Origin: a virus | DNA: 64,000 nucleotides | Virus record (IMG/VR): IMGVR_UViG_3300031455_000001 | Span: 1 to 64,000 of that record | Direction: 5' to 3' (one strand) | Shown: positions 10,299 through 20,100 of the stretch, one piece after another | How positions within the stretch are numbered: position 1 is the stretch's first letter | Layout: each line of letters starts with the position of its first letter | The notes under the pieces: generated by a model | Databases searched by the model: none | What the model saw: the letters and a program-made list of their open reading frames with translations, nothing else | What the model was told of the DNA's origin: nothing | Made by a program: the position numbers and the translations under genes

Positions 10299-11390
10299 AT
10301 GAGTAAGTATATCGCATTAGATGCAGGTCATTCAGTAAACACAGCAGGAAAAAGAACACCTCCAATTGCAGAATTGGGTGGAAGGGTAATTAGAGAGAAT
10401 GAGTTCAATCATGAAGTTGTTCGATTAACGAATATTGAGTTACAGAGATGTGGATTTAAGACTTTAATAACAGCACCAGATAAAAATTATGATACACCTC
10501 TTATAACTCGTACTAACTTAGCAAATAAAGAGAAGGTTGATCTTTTAATTAGTTTTCACTTCAATGCATTAACAGGAAGTTTTGAAACATCTAAGGCGGA
10601 AGGTTTTAGTGTTCATGTTGACCCGACAATGGGTAGAAGTGCAGACTTTGCAAGAATTTTATTGAAACATCTTGCAGGTGGAACTAGTCAGAAAAACAGA
10701 GGTCTTGTACAACAGAACCTTCATATGACAAGAGAAACAAAAATGCCTGCTGTATTAGTCGAGTTTGGATTTATGGATAATAAACGTGAAGCAATGTTAA
10801 TGATTGATAAAGGATTCCAAAAAGAATGTGCTGTAGAAACAGCAAAAGCTGTTTGTGAATTTTATGGAGTTGCTTATAAACCAGAAGCCACAAAAGCAGA
10901 GGTTAAACCAACACCTGCTCCTACACATACTCCTAATCACATTGGAGTAGCTACTGTAACTGCAACTCACTTGAATGTAAGAAAAGGTGCTGGAGTTAAT
11001 CATGCAGTTGATAAAGTTGTTAATAAAGGAAGTGCTTGGAAGGTTTATGAAATTAAGAGTGGATGGTATAGAGTAGGTATTAATCAATGGATTAGTTCTT
11101 CTCATTCTACATACAAAGCTCTTCCAAAGCCTACTCCTGCACCAGTGCAACCAAAAGGGTTTTACCGTGTTGTAGTTGGTTCATTTAAATCTTCTTTAGA
11201 AGCAGATAAAAGAATTGCAGATCTTAAAGTTAAAAAAGTAGAGTCATTTAAAATCAGTTTCTTAAATAACAATGTTCTATTTTTTAGAGTTATTGCTGGA
11301 TCTTTTAAAGATAAAAAAAATGCAGAAGATGCAGTTTCTAATCTTAAAAAACTAGGTTTTGAAGCTTTCATCGCATTCTATGCGGGATAA
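10299..11390 (+). CDS. Endolysin: Amidase_3 N-acetylmuramoyl-L-alanine amidase + SH3b + SPOR-like repeats
   Basis: LDAGH, ENEFN, ISFHFNA, PAVLVEFGFM catalytic motifs; LNVRKGAG..GWY SH3b; two RV..GSFK SPOR-like repeats. Confidence 0.92.
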   Translation: MSKYIALDAGHSVNTAGKRTPPIAELGGRVIRENEFNHEVVRLTNIELQRCGFKTLITAPDKNYDTPLITRTNLANKEKVDLLISFHFNALTGSFETSKAEGFSVHVDPTMGRSADFARILLKHLAGGTSQKNRGLVQQNLHMTRETKMPAVLVEFGFMDNKREAMLMIDKGFQKECAVETAKAVCEFYGVAYKPEATKAEVKPTPAPTHTPNHIGVATVTATHLNVRKGAGVNHAVDKVVNKGSAWKVYEIKSGWYRVGINQWISSSHSTYKALPKPTPAPVQPKGFYRVVVGSFKSSLEADKRIADLKVKKVESFKISFLNNNVLFFRVIAGSFKDKKNAEDAVSNLKKLGFEAFIAFYAG

Positions 11391-11449
11391 TAAAAAATTT
11401 TGACAGAATTGAAAGGGGTTGCAATAGAAATAAGTAAGGAGGAAATCGT

Positions 11450-11776
11450 ATGGGTTTCTTTGAGATATTAGGGGATACAGCATGGTTAACAGCTATCTCA
11501 ACACTTATCGGCTCTGTCGTTACATATTTAGTGACAAAATCAAATAATAGAAAAGAAATGTCTATGAGCGACAGAGTGCAACTTTCTAAAGATCAATATC
11601 AACTTATTGCAGAGTTGAGACAAATGATGATAGAGCAACGTGAAGAAATTGAAAGTCTAAGAGATGAAATAAAACAATTACAGGCAGTAAACATTAATCT
11701 AACAATAGAAAACAAAGAGTTGCAAACTAAGATCAATGAATTGAATATGAGACTGTCTAAATTAGACAATCAATAA
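11450..11776 (+). CDS. Lysis-associated protein, one TM helix plus coiled coil
   Basis: N-terminal hydrophobic helix, heptad-rich C-terminus, between endolysin and holin. Confidence 0.55.
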   Translation: MGFFEILGDTAWLTAISTLIGSVVTYLVTKSNNRKEMSMSDRVQLSKDQYQLIAELRQMMIEQREEIESLRDEIKQLQAVNINLTIENKELQTKINELNMRLSKLDNQ

Positions 11777-11800
11777 TTATACACAACAGGAGGTTTTAAA

Positions 11801-12157
11801 ATGGATTTTCAAGCAGAATTAATTAGTCTTCTTGGAACACTTGTAGTAGGTCTTTTTGGTTGGTTAGTAAATCAGGCAACAGGATATTTGAAGAAGAAAG
11901 GTGTTCTAACTCAATTAGAGAATAATAAAGAGTTGGTAAAAATAGCAGTAAATGCAGTTGAGCAAGCTCATAATAATCTTGGTGGTAATGAAAAGTTCAA
12001 TCTGGCTAAGATGGAAGTAATCAAATTGCTACAAAGTAAAAATATAAAGATGACAGAGCAAGAAATGGATCTTTTTATTGAAGCAATGGTTAAAGAGATG
12101 AGAGAGCAGACTAAAGCAGTGATGTCACAATCTGATTCAAATCAACCTTTAGGTTAA
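11801..12157 (+). CDS. Phage holin (LL-H family-like)
   Basis: N-terminal TM helix; AVNAVEQ, GNEKFNLAK and IEAMVKEM motifs. Confidence 0.8.
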   Translation: MDFQAELISLLGTLVVGLFGWLVNQATGYLKKKGVLTQLENNKELVKIAVNAVEQAHNNLGGNEKFNLAKMEVIKLLQSKNIKMTEQEMDLFIEAMVKEMREQTKAVMSQSDSNQPLG

Positions 12158-12163
12158 AAAATC

Positions 12164-12197
12164 ATTAAGAGGAGAGAATTAATTCTCTCCTCTTAAT
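12164..12197. terminator. Perfect palindromic stem-loop after lysis cassette
   Basis: ATTAAGAGGAGAGAATTAATTCTCTCCTCTTAAT. Confidence 0.6.
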
Positions 12198-12214
12198 ATA
12201 AGGAGAAAAATAAA

Positions 12215-12898
12215 ATGGCAAACTTTGTTTATATCACACTTGACACTACCGCACCATCAAACCCTATCATAAATATATCTGGAGGAGCAGTATTTACAAC
12301 AGCTCAGCTAGTAAATCTTTCAATAAGTGTTGAAGATACAGATAAGACAGGTTATCAAATGTTGGTCTGGGGAGATGTTGATACAACCTATGATACTAAT
12401 ATTAAAGAGGAAGAAGGATTATCATCATGGATTCCTTATAATAATAATCCTCAAATTAGATTATCAGCAGGAGATGGCTCAAAAACAATTAGTATAAGAG
12501 TAAGAGATGATGTTCATAATGCATCTTCAGTAGCAGTTGGTAGTATTTCAATGGATACTTCAGTACCAACGGTTACTGTAACAACACCAGATGTTTCTAA
12601 AATTTCAAAAATTGCAGGAAAAGATACGACTTCATTTACTTTTTCTGCTAATGAAGATTTTTCGGAATATAAAGTCAAATTAGTAGGTTCTATTGGAGCA
12701 ACTGAAAACACAGGCGAGATAATCCCTACTGCTGGTGGATCAATAAATACTTCTGGAGAAGATGGAGATTATGACTCTGGACAAGTGATAACAGTGACCG
12801 TTAAAGGGTTAGACTTAGAAACTGCTGGAGCAACAAGTGATGGTCAGAAAATAATCAAAGTATTTGTGCGTGATTTAAGCGGTTTATGGTCGGTGTAA
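12215..12898 (+). CDS. Virion accessory protein, two Ig-like domains
   Basis: LDTTAP, GDGSKTI.IRVRD, GQKIIKVFVRD Ig-like motifs; AGGAG RBS. Confidence 0.65.
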   Translation: MANFVYITLDTTAPSNPIINISGGAVFTTAQLVNLSISVEDTDKTGYQMLVWGDVDTTYDTNIKEEEGLSSWIPYNNNPQIRLSAGDGSKTISIRVRDDVHNASSVAVGSISMDTSVPTVTVTTPDVSKISKIAGKDTTSFTFSANEDFSEYKVKLVGSIGATENTGEIIPTAGGSINTSGEDGDYDSGQVITVTVKGLDLETAGATSDGQKIIKVFVRDLSGLWSV

Positions 12899-12918
12899 GC
12901 AAATAAGGAGGATTTTAA

Positions 12919-13404
12919 ATGTCTAACTATGTCATAGTTGAATTTGATAACACACCACCTGTAATTAAAATACACGCACCCAGATTTACCACTAGAAGCG
13001 CTAACAACATAATTATCATAGAATCAAATGAGAATCTATCTGAATATCAAGACATTTATGCTATTGATAAAAACGGATCAAGACACGATTTTACTTTCGC
13101 TAGAGAGTCAGAAAAAAAATATTTAGGTAATTTAAAGTTTGAAAACTTTCCAATAGGAATAACAAATATTCATGCAAGAATGAAGGATGATGTTGATAAT
13201 TATTCTAATTTAGTCATTCATTCTATAAATATTTTAGAAAGCATAAGGATAGTCCATGCAAAAACAAAAGATGTAGAGAAATCGAAAGTTAGTGCTGATG
13301 ATAGATTATTTGTTGATGCTAGGGTGAAACAACATCAAAGATGGGTGCATATTGAAAGTGTTGTAAGGAATCAAGTAGATATAGAAGAAATGCAGTCAAG
13401 ATAA
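12919..13404 (+). CDS. Ig-like virion accessory protein
   Basis: N-terminus resembles that of 12215 (VEFDNTPP vs ITLDTTAP); strong RBS. Confidence 0.55.
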   Translation: MSNYVIVEFDNTPPVIKIHAPRFTTRSANNIIIIESNENLSEYQDIYAIDKNGSRHDFTFARESEKKYLGNLKFENFPIGITNIHARMKDDVDNYSNLVIHSINILESIRIVHAKTKDVEKSKVSADDRLFVDARVKQHQRWVHIESVVRNQVDIEEMQSR

Positions 13405-13449
13405 AGCTGAGAGTGTTTTCAATGACATTCTCAGAAAGGGTGATTATTA

Positions 13450-13749
13450 ATGAATAAAGCTAGTGAAAGTACATATTTAACTGGAACTACTATTAGATTC
13501 ATTGGAGAGTTTAGAGATTTTGATGGTAATTTAATAGATATCACTTTTCCAAAAGTAACAATATATAATCAAAGATATACTGTTATGGAAGAGCATCAAC
13601 TGAACGATTCGAATAAATTAGAAACGGGAAAATATTTCTTCGATTATGTTTCAGATGAAAAAGCACAAAGGATTATTTATGAGTTTTATGGAGAAATTGA
13701 CGGCTCGCCTGCTCTAGATAGAAAATCATTTGTAACAAGATTTATTTAA
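13450..13749 (+). CDS. Small structural protein, BppU N-terminal-like
   Basis: GTTIRF..F.DFDG.LIDI motif; RBS AAAGGGTG. Confidence 0.45.
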   Translation: MNKASESTYLTGTTIRFIGEFRDFDGNLIDITFPKVTIYNQRYTVMEEHQLNDSNKLETGKYFFDYVSDEKAQRIIYEFYGEIDGSPALDRKSFVTRFI

Positions 13750-13760
13750 GGAGTGATAAG

Positions 13761-14084
13761 ATGAAATATTCAATAAGAGGTAATTTTAATATATCCGATG
13801 GATCTGAAATTATTACTCTGCTAAACTCTTTTCAGTTATGGAGATTGATAACAGGTGTTTCATTTGAGATAGATAAAGCAAACTATGAATTAAAAGAAGT
13901 TTTTTATTTTGAAGTATGGTTGAACAATCCAGAAGATAAAATTCAATTATTCAATCTTCTAAAGCCATTTGTTGATGCATATGGAGAACAGATCGATTGG
14001 CATGAATGCTCTCATGATGAACAAACACGAACCCCTTGTGTGATTGCCGAAGAATACAGAGTTAACATCAATGATAGTAACTAA
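13761..14084 (+). CDS. Hypothetical protein with HECSHDE..PC motif
   Basis: ORF with AGGAG RBS; clustered His/Cys. Confidence 0.55.
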   Translation: MKYSIRGNFNISDGSEIITLLNSFQLWRLITGVSFEIDKANYELKEVFYFEVWLNNPEDKIQLFNLLKPFVDAYGEQIDWHECSHDEQTRTPCVIAEEYRVNINDSN

Positions 14085-15048
14085 CGGATTAGTAGGGTAT
14101 TGGCATTTTCAACAGGGGGTAAATGGTAATAGTTGGAATAATATTGCTCCCGCCACTCTAGGCAAATATAATGGTTCAATATCGGGAGCAACACTACAAG
14201 GAAATGGGCTTTATTTTGATGGAGTAGATGATTTTGTTGGATATCAGCCATTAAGTCAAAGTGGAATAAGTGTAGCTTATGAAATAGAAGCATATATATC
14301 CTCTCCTTTTGATAGAGGTGGTATAAATGGTGGTGTAGCTGGATCTTTGCATTTTGATGGCGCTACTGGATTGATGCAATTTATGATTTTAGGATTTAAC
14401 GGTAATGGGACGGCAGTAACAACGGCTTTTAAAGAAGAAAATATTACTCCTTTAAGAAACACTTTGATAAAAGTAAATTATATTGCTAATATTGAGGGTA
14501 AGATTGAAGAAGTTTATATTAATAATGTAAAAATATTAGAATTTTACAACACTATGTCTATGATGTATGTATTAGCTAACATTTCTCAAAGACCATTTGC
14601 ATTAGGGTGCGTCCTTGATACGTTTAGTGGAGGAAATAGCAACCATTACAAAGGTCATATACAATCCGTTAAAATTTATAATAAAATTTTAACATCTCAA
14701 GAAAGATCACAAAATTTAGCAAATGGAATAGAGATAGGTTTGACGGTGCAAATAAGCAAGCCCATTATTAATATATCCTCTGTGTCAAAAACAAAAATAA
14801 GTGATGAACCCGACATGAATCAATCAATCATAAAAGTTTCATTCGATCAAGATATAGTTGAGTATATTGCAAAACTCAATGGAGTAGATCATACCACAGG
14901 TGAAACAGTACATATTGGTGGTGCAGTATTAAAAAATCAAGAAGCAGATGTTATTATTGATTGGGATGAATTGACTGTAGAAGGTCAGAATAGGATAAAT
15001 ATTTATGGTAAAAATTCAAATGGTGATTGGACAGAATATAGCAATTAA
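14071..15048 (+). CDS. LamG/concanavalin-A-like lectin domain + C-terminal Ig-like domain
   Basis: GLVGYW, FDGVDD, YKGHI..VKIYNKIL LamG motifs; ATG at 14071 preferred over the track start. Confidence 0.7.
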   Translation: MIVTNGLVGYWHFQQGVNGNSWNNIAPATLGKYNGSISGATLQGNGLYFDGVDDFVGYQPLSQSGISVAYEIEAYISSPFDRGGINGGVAGSLHFDGATGLMQFMILGFNGNGTAVTTAFKEENITPLRNTLIKVNYIANIEGKIEEVYINNVKILEFYNTMSMMYVLANISQRPFALGCVLDTFSGGNSNHYKGHIQSVKIYNKILTSQERSQNLANGIEIGLTVQISKPIINISSVSKTKISDEPDMNQSIIKVSFDQDIVEYIAKLNGVDHTTGETVHIGGAVLKNQEADVIIDWDELTVEGQNRINIYGKNSNGDWTEYSN

Positions 15049-15084
15049 AACCTCTATCAATTTTGATAGAGGTTTTTCTTTTTT
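15047..15084 (+). terminator. Rho-independent terminator
   Basis: AAAACCTCTATCAA-TT-TTGATAGAGGTTTT followed by T tract. Confidence 0.85.
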
Positions 15085-15164
15085 GTGCATATAAATATAT
15101 ACAAATATCAAAAATTGTGAAATAATAACATTACATAGATAGCTACACAAATAAACACAAGGAG

Positions 15165-15770
15165 ATGAACGGCTTGATTATCAGTGATGAGAAAAAACAC
15201 CTATACTCCTTAATGGATGACATAACTAAGGAGAGAAGGAAACTCACGGAGATTTACTATGGTCTTAAAGATCGCCTAGATGAGTTAAACAAGTTGGAAA
15301 CCAAAGGTCTTAACGAATTGTCTCTAGATGGTTATATTGATCTGCATAATCAGAGAAATAGAGAAGCTATGGTAAATAATATAAGTAGAGAGTATAAATC
15401 TGTAGTTGATAAAATTAAAAAAGAAGGTGAAGAAGTAGAAGAGAGAGAAGAGACTATTCCCAGACATGAAATCGCTGAGTCTATTGCCAGAGATAATAGA
15501 AATAAGGTTTATTCTAAAGTTAACAACTCAAAGAAGAAGCCTAATAAAAATGATAATGTTAGTTACGACAAAGTTTCTAAGATAATTATATCTATTTTAA
15601 AAGAGTATGGAAGACCTGTGAGTATCAATGACATTCATATAAAATTGAATGAACTTTCAGACAAAGAGGTTAGCATAAAAAATCTTAGAAACAATATTAT
15701 ATTTAGACTATCTAAAGAGAACCCTAGAGTTGAAAGACCTATGAGAGGTTTTTATCAATATAAAAATTGA
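15165..15770 (+). CDS. Rok-like nucleoid-associated/silencer protein
   Basis: N-terminal coiled coil, charged linker, C-terminal winged helix ending NPRVERPMRGFYQY, like B. subtilis Rok YPEVKKPYRGQYIL. Confidence 0.6.
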   Translation: MNGLIISDEKKHLYSLMDDITKERRKLTEIYYGLKDRLDELNKLETKGLNELSLDGYIDLHNQRNREAMVNNISREYKSVVDKIKKEGEEVEEREETIPRHEIAESIARDNRNKVYSKVNNSKKKPNKNDNVSYDKVSKIIISILKEYGRPVSINDIHIKLNELSDKEVSIKNLRNNIIFRLSKENPRVERPMRGFYQYKN

Positions 15771-15802
15771 TACCACTTAAGCTTAATAGGAGGGTATTGT
15801 CG

Positions 15803-16081
15803 ATGATTGATGTTACAGGAAAAAGACTTGCTAAATTAAGAGAGCAAAAAGGCTGGACGAAAACTTACACAGCAAAAAAGTTAGGGATCAATACCTTATC
15901 CACATATGCAAATTGGGAATATGGAATAAGGCAAATCAATAATGAGATGCTGGTGAATATAGCGTTATTGTTTGATGTTACTACAGATTACTTATTGGGA
16001 ATTTCAGATACACCTAACAATAAGAAAGATAACGATAGACAAGGGTTGAACAAGTCGTTAAGAACAGTTGATAATAGTTGA
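15803..16081 (+). CDS. XRE-family HTH transcriptional regulator
   Basis: GKRLAKLRE..GWT..AKKLGI...YANWEYG.R...LFDVTTDYLLG; AGGAGG RBS before ATG 15803. Confidence 0.9.
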   Translation: MIDVTGKRLAKLREQKGWTKTYTAKKLGINTLSTYANWEYGIRQINNEMLVNIALLFDVTTDYLLGISDTPNNKKDNDRQGLNKSLRTVDNS

Positions 16082-16094
16082 ATTTTATCCAAAT

Positions 16095-16140
16095 AAAAAC
16101 CTCTAAAAATGCTTATTTTTCACATTTTTAGAGGTTTTTT
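16095..16140. terminator. Bidirectional terminator where the two arms converge
   Basis: AAAAACCTCTAAAAATG...CATTTTTAGAGGTTTTTT. Confidence 0.8.
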
Positions 16141-16205
16141 GTTCATTTTTAGATCAAATTTCAATAAATTTCGAATAAAAGTAAACGTTTGAATAGGTGT
16201 TTTTA

Positions 16206-16832
16206 CTATGAGATGTTATGCATCAAGCATAGTTTCTTAAATTCCTCATCACTGTATGGAACTCCATCAATTTTCTTTTCTTTGTTTTTTACTATTTTAA
16301 TTACCTTTGGAACTCTAAGCTTCTTAACATCTGCCCAATTGGGTTTATCCCATTCAATTACTTCATTCTTTATTAAAGCAGTTAACACAATTCCAATTGC
16401 ATCCGATTCATCTTCGTTTTTAAATATACCATTATATTTTGCTCTTATTACAATAGCAAGATCCTCTTTGGTCGCACTGCCATGAACAATGCATTCCTTT
16501 ACGGTTTTTGGTGGATAGTATTCTTGTGGGTGATCTACAAATAGATAATTAAATAGACCATGAACTCGAAATATAGTTTGTGTGGCAGTATTATGATGGG
16601 AGAACCCTCTTTCAACTCCAATAAAATAAGGAGGATATTTCTCTTTCAAATTCAGCATCCACTGAGCCTTTTCTTTTAGCTTTAATGCATTGTGATATCT
16701 ATTCTTTTTTGATTTAACTTTTTCTGTATTGAAGCTACCTATGTAAACAAACTCTTTCTTGTCAAGGTTGTATATGGCAACGCCTGTACAAGTAAGAGAT
16801 AAATCCGCACCCCAAAGATAACGATCACTCAT
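16206..16832 (-). CDS. ruvC: RuvC-like Holliday junction resolvase
   Basis: GADLSLTCTGVA, VERGF, GSATKE, DESDA acidic motifs. Confidence 0.8.
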   Translation of the reverse strand: MSDRYLWGADLSLTCTGVAIYNLDKKEFVYIGSFNTEKVKSKKNRYHNALKLKEKAQWMLNLKEKYPPYFIGVERGFSHHNTATQTIFRVHGLFNYLFVDHPQEYYPPKTVKECIVHGSATKEDLAIVIRAKYNGIFKNEDESDAIGIVLTALIKNEVIEWDKPNWADVKKLRVPKVIKIVKNKEKKIDGVPYSDEEFKKLCLMHNIS

Positions 16833-17034
16833 TATTATCTTCTTCTTTTACTTTTTCGTTGTGACATGAGTAATGAAATACTTCACTATCTTCCTCAACG
16901 AATAAATGATCCGCATAAACAATGTCGTTGCAGAATGGGCATCTGCCAATCTTATCTCGATTTACAAATACATGCTTCATACTCAAAGCACCCTTTCCGA
17001 AAACATTATTAAATATTCTAACCAAAATCTCCAA
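16825..17034 (-). CDS. Small Zn-binding hypothetical protein
   Basis: CPFC...HYSC. Confidence 0.5.
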   Translation of the reverse strand: MEILVRIFNNVFGKGALSMKHVFVNRDKIGRCPFCNDIVYADHLFVEEDSEVFHYSCHNEKVKEEDNNE

Positions 17035-17093
17035 CTCCTAAATCTGTAATGCTCTCCCTTTAAAAATACAGGCAACTATTGTCACCTGTATTA

Positions 17094-17122
17094 ATTATAT
17101 CATAAACTATGTTATTTGTCAA
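17094..17122 (-). promoter_or_regulatory. Consensus sigA promoter, extended -10
   Basis: TTGACA-17-TATAAT preceded by TGA; overlaps dnaE stop codon. Confidence 0.8.
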
Positions 17123-20100
17123 GATATTTGCCGTCTTGAACTAGGTCTTACTACTTTACATTTATTGAGGTGTAATTCTTTTTTACTCTCATCTTTCTCA
17201 TAATCGCCATCAACATATTTCCAACCACTTTTCTCCTCTATGCTTGCAATCTTGATTACATCTCCAACATATAAAAATTGACCATCATCATTTGTGTAAA
17301 ACTTCTTTTTAGCCACTTTTACTTTAATTTCTTCTCCATTGTTGATTCTGTATAGAGTGAGCAGTGGAGTGTATTTCTGATTCACATCAAGTACGATTGC
17401 ATAGCTATTATCAACTTCTGGAAATGTTGATATCGCATATCCTAGATTGATTTTTTCAAAGTTGATCTGATCATATAACTCAATCTTCTTTGGTGGATTA
17501 GCTCTCACTGCTTTTTCATAAGCACGAATGTTTTTAATTCTTTCATCTCTTGTATCCTTTTTGAGGGACAGGCTGTATTTCATAAGTTTTTTATCAATCT
17601 TTTCTTTGCGTTTTATCTTCAGACATTTAGTAATTGATTTAGCCTTTTTTACTCTTTTCAACACTTTTTTCTTTTTTGATTTATAATATTTCCAAGTGAA
17701 GTGCTTAGTCTTCTTGTCTTTTTTCTTTTTGCTTCTAACCTTTTTCCTAACAACTTCTCTCACCTCAACAGTTTGTTCTTTGAATTGAGGATATTTATCT
17801 GTGTCAGCTTTTTTGTTGTCAGACATGGTCATATAAATTTCTAAAAGAGCTTCTTTCGTCCCAAATTTTTTAAAGAAATCTAATCGAATTAATATTTCCA
17901 TTTGGTTTCGATTTATTGAAGTCTCAAATATATCTATAAGAAGACCAACGAAATCATCTTTATCATAATCTTTAGATTGTGAAAGGTCATAAAGCTCCTC
18001 TGCCACTTTAGCGCTCAGATAGGCAATAGAAGCGATACCTTTATATATGCTCCCCTCTTCTTTGTTGAAGCTATAAGTCGCTCTAGAGTTTCCAAATGAT
18101 ATAGGGTTAACTTTATATCCTTTACTTTTTATATAAGCCATTATAGATGTTGTTTTTTCTTTTTTATCATCTTGCAGATTAAGTGCAACGGTTAAAAATT
18201 CTAATGGATAATAATATCTTAGCCAAGCTCCCGCATATCCAATATAGCTATATGGAGAAGAATGATTAACAGAAAATGCATATTTAGAAGCATCATGTAT
18301 GACCTCTAAGAAGGATTCTAAAATAAGTTCTGCATGTTCTTCTGTTTCATTGTGGTTCTCTTTCATAAACTTAATGAAGCCATCACGAATCTTAGGAAGG
18401 AATTGTTCAGTGCCTTCTTTCTTAGATAAACCACGCCTTACGCTGTCCGCCTCTGCTCCACCATGCTCACAAAATTCAGTTAAGAAATTCATTATTTGCT
18501 CTTGGAAAACCAAATATCCTAAAGTTGGGCTTAACAATTTATCTAGGGCTACATGTCCATTGTCTTTGGTTGCGCCTCTAGCTAATTGATCCCGATATGA
18601 TTTTCCAGATGGTCTGATTGCTCCATTAGCCATTGATAGTAAATCAATATAATCAACTTTCCCAACGTTTCTCTCAATATTAGCAAGTGTATCATCGCTA
18701 AAAAGCTGTTTTACATATGCGTGAGCGCTTTCACTCTCTATCTGGAAGATCCCTAAAGTGGATTCCCGAAGAGATTTCCATACATCAATATCAGTGGTAT
18801 CCATGTTGTCTGGAGTCAGCCTTTGTATTCCAGATAGTCTGCATGCTTCGTTTACAATCTCAACATTCATTACACCAAGAATGTCTAATTTAACATAGTT
18901 CTCACCGTCAAGCTCCTTCATGTTAACAGCAGTCACACGATATTTGCTCTCTTTTGTGTAGACTGTAGAAACGTGAGTGTCTAAATCTATAGGGGAAACA
19001 ACGAATCCAGATGGATGACTACCCATGCTTTCAACTACGCCATTCATTAAGTCTACATACTCGAATAGTTCTGGATATTTTTTTCTCCACTTATCATCGA
19101 TACGATCCTTCCCATCGAATGATTCAACTGCTTTTGAAATTTCATCCACTACATTTAATGGCATATCTAAGCCTTTTCCAACAAGCCTGATACTGCCTTT
19201 TAAAGCCTTTGTGTTGAGTGTTATAATTTCAGCAAAATCAATACCATCTAGTGATGCTAAATAATCTATAACCTCTTGCCTTCTAGTGACTGGAAAATCT
19301 ATATCAATATCAGGAAGTGAAATACGATCTGGGTTTAGAAATCGGAAGAAGTTGAGTTTATGTTTAATTGAGTCCATTTCGGTTATACCTAATACATAGG
19401 CGATCAATGAACCATTTACACTACCTCTTCCGTAGCCTTGATAAATTTCTTGAGTGTGACACCAATCAATAATGTTTTTCTGTAGTAGCATATAATCTAT
19501 GGTGTCTAATTTAACATATGTATCAAACTCTTCTTTGATTCTTGAGAAGTATTCTTTTCTCTTTTTTTTCTCAAACTTATCAATCCCGCGCTTCTTAACA
19601 CCTTCATTAATAAGTTTTTGAAACACTTCTATAGGTTTATCATACATCTTAGGATACTTAGGAGTTTTATCAAGTTCAAACTCTTCAACCATATCAGCCA
19701 TAACATTTGTATTGTGGATAGCCTCAAGGTAAATGTTTCTTGGCAATGCATTCTGATCCTTGAATTTTTCCACAAGTTCATCATATGATTTCATTGTCAG
19801 ATCGAATACGCCTTCATCACCATAATTTGCTCCTTTAGATTTTAAAAATACACTCCTAGCTCTTGCGTGATCATCATTTAAAGAGTGAGTATCAGTTCCA
19901 GCTATTAGAGGTATTTTTAAATCTGAGGAAAGGTTAAGTAATAATTGATTGAAGGCTATTTGTTGCGGATGATTATGATACTGAATCTCAAAAAACATTC
20001 TATGCTTATTGCTCTCCATCCAATTTAAAAGATCTTCCAGCTCTCTTTTTGCATATACGTCTACAGTGTTTAGTGTTGTTTGGTTGTACGCTTTGTTGTA

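Noticed and set aside
16085-16093. DnaA boxes (TTATCCAAA at 16085, 42269, 58197)
   Set aside because: Isolated one-mismatch copies, better explained as arms of the junction palindrome; no box cluster
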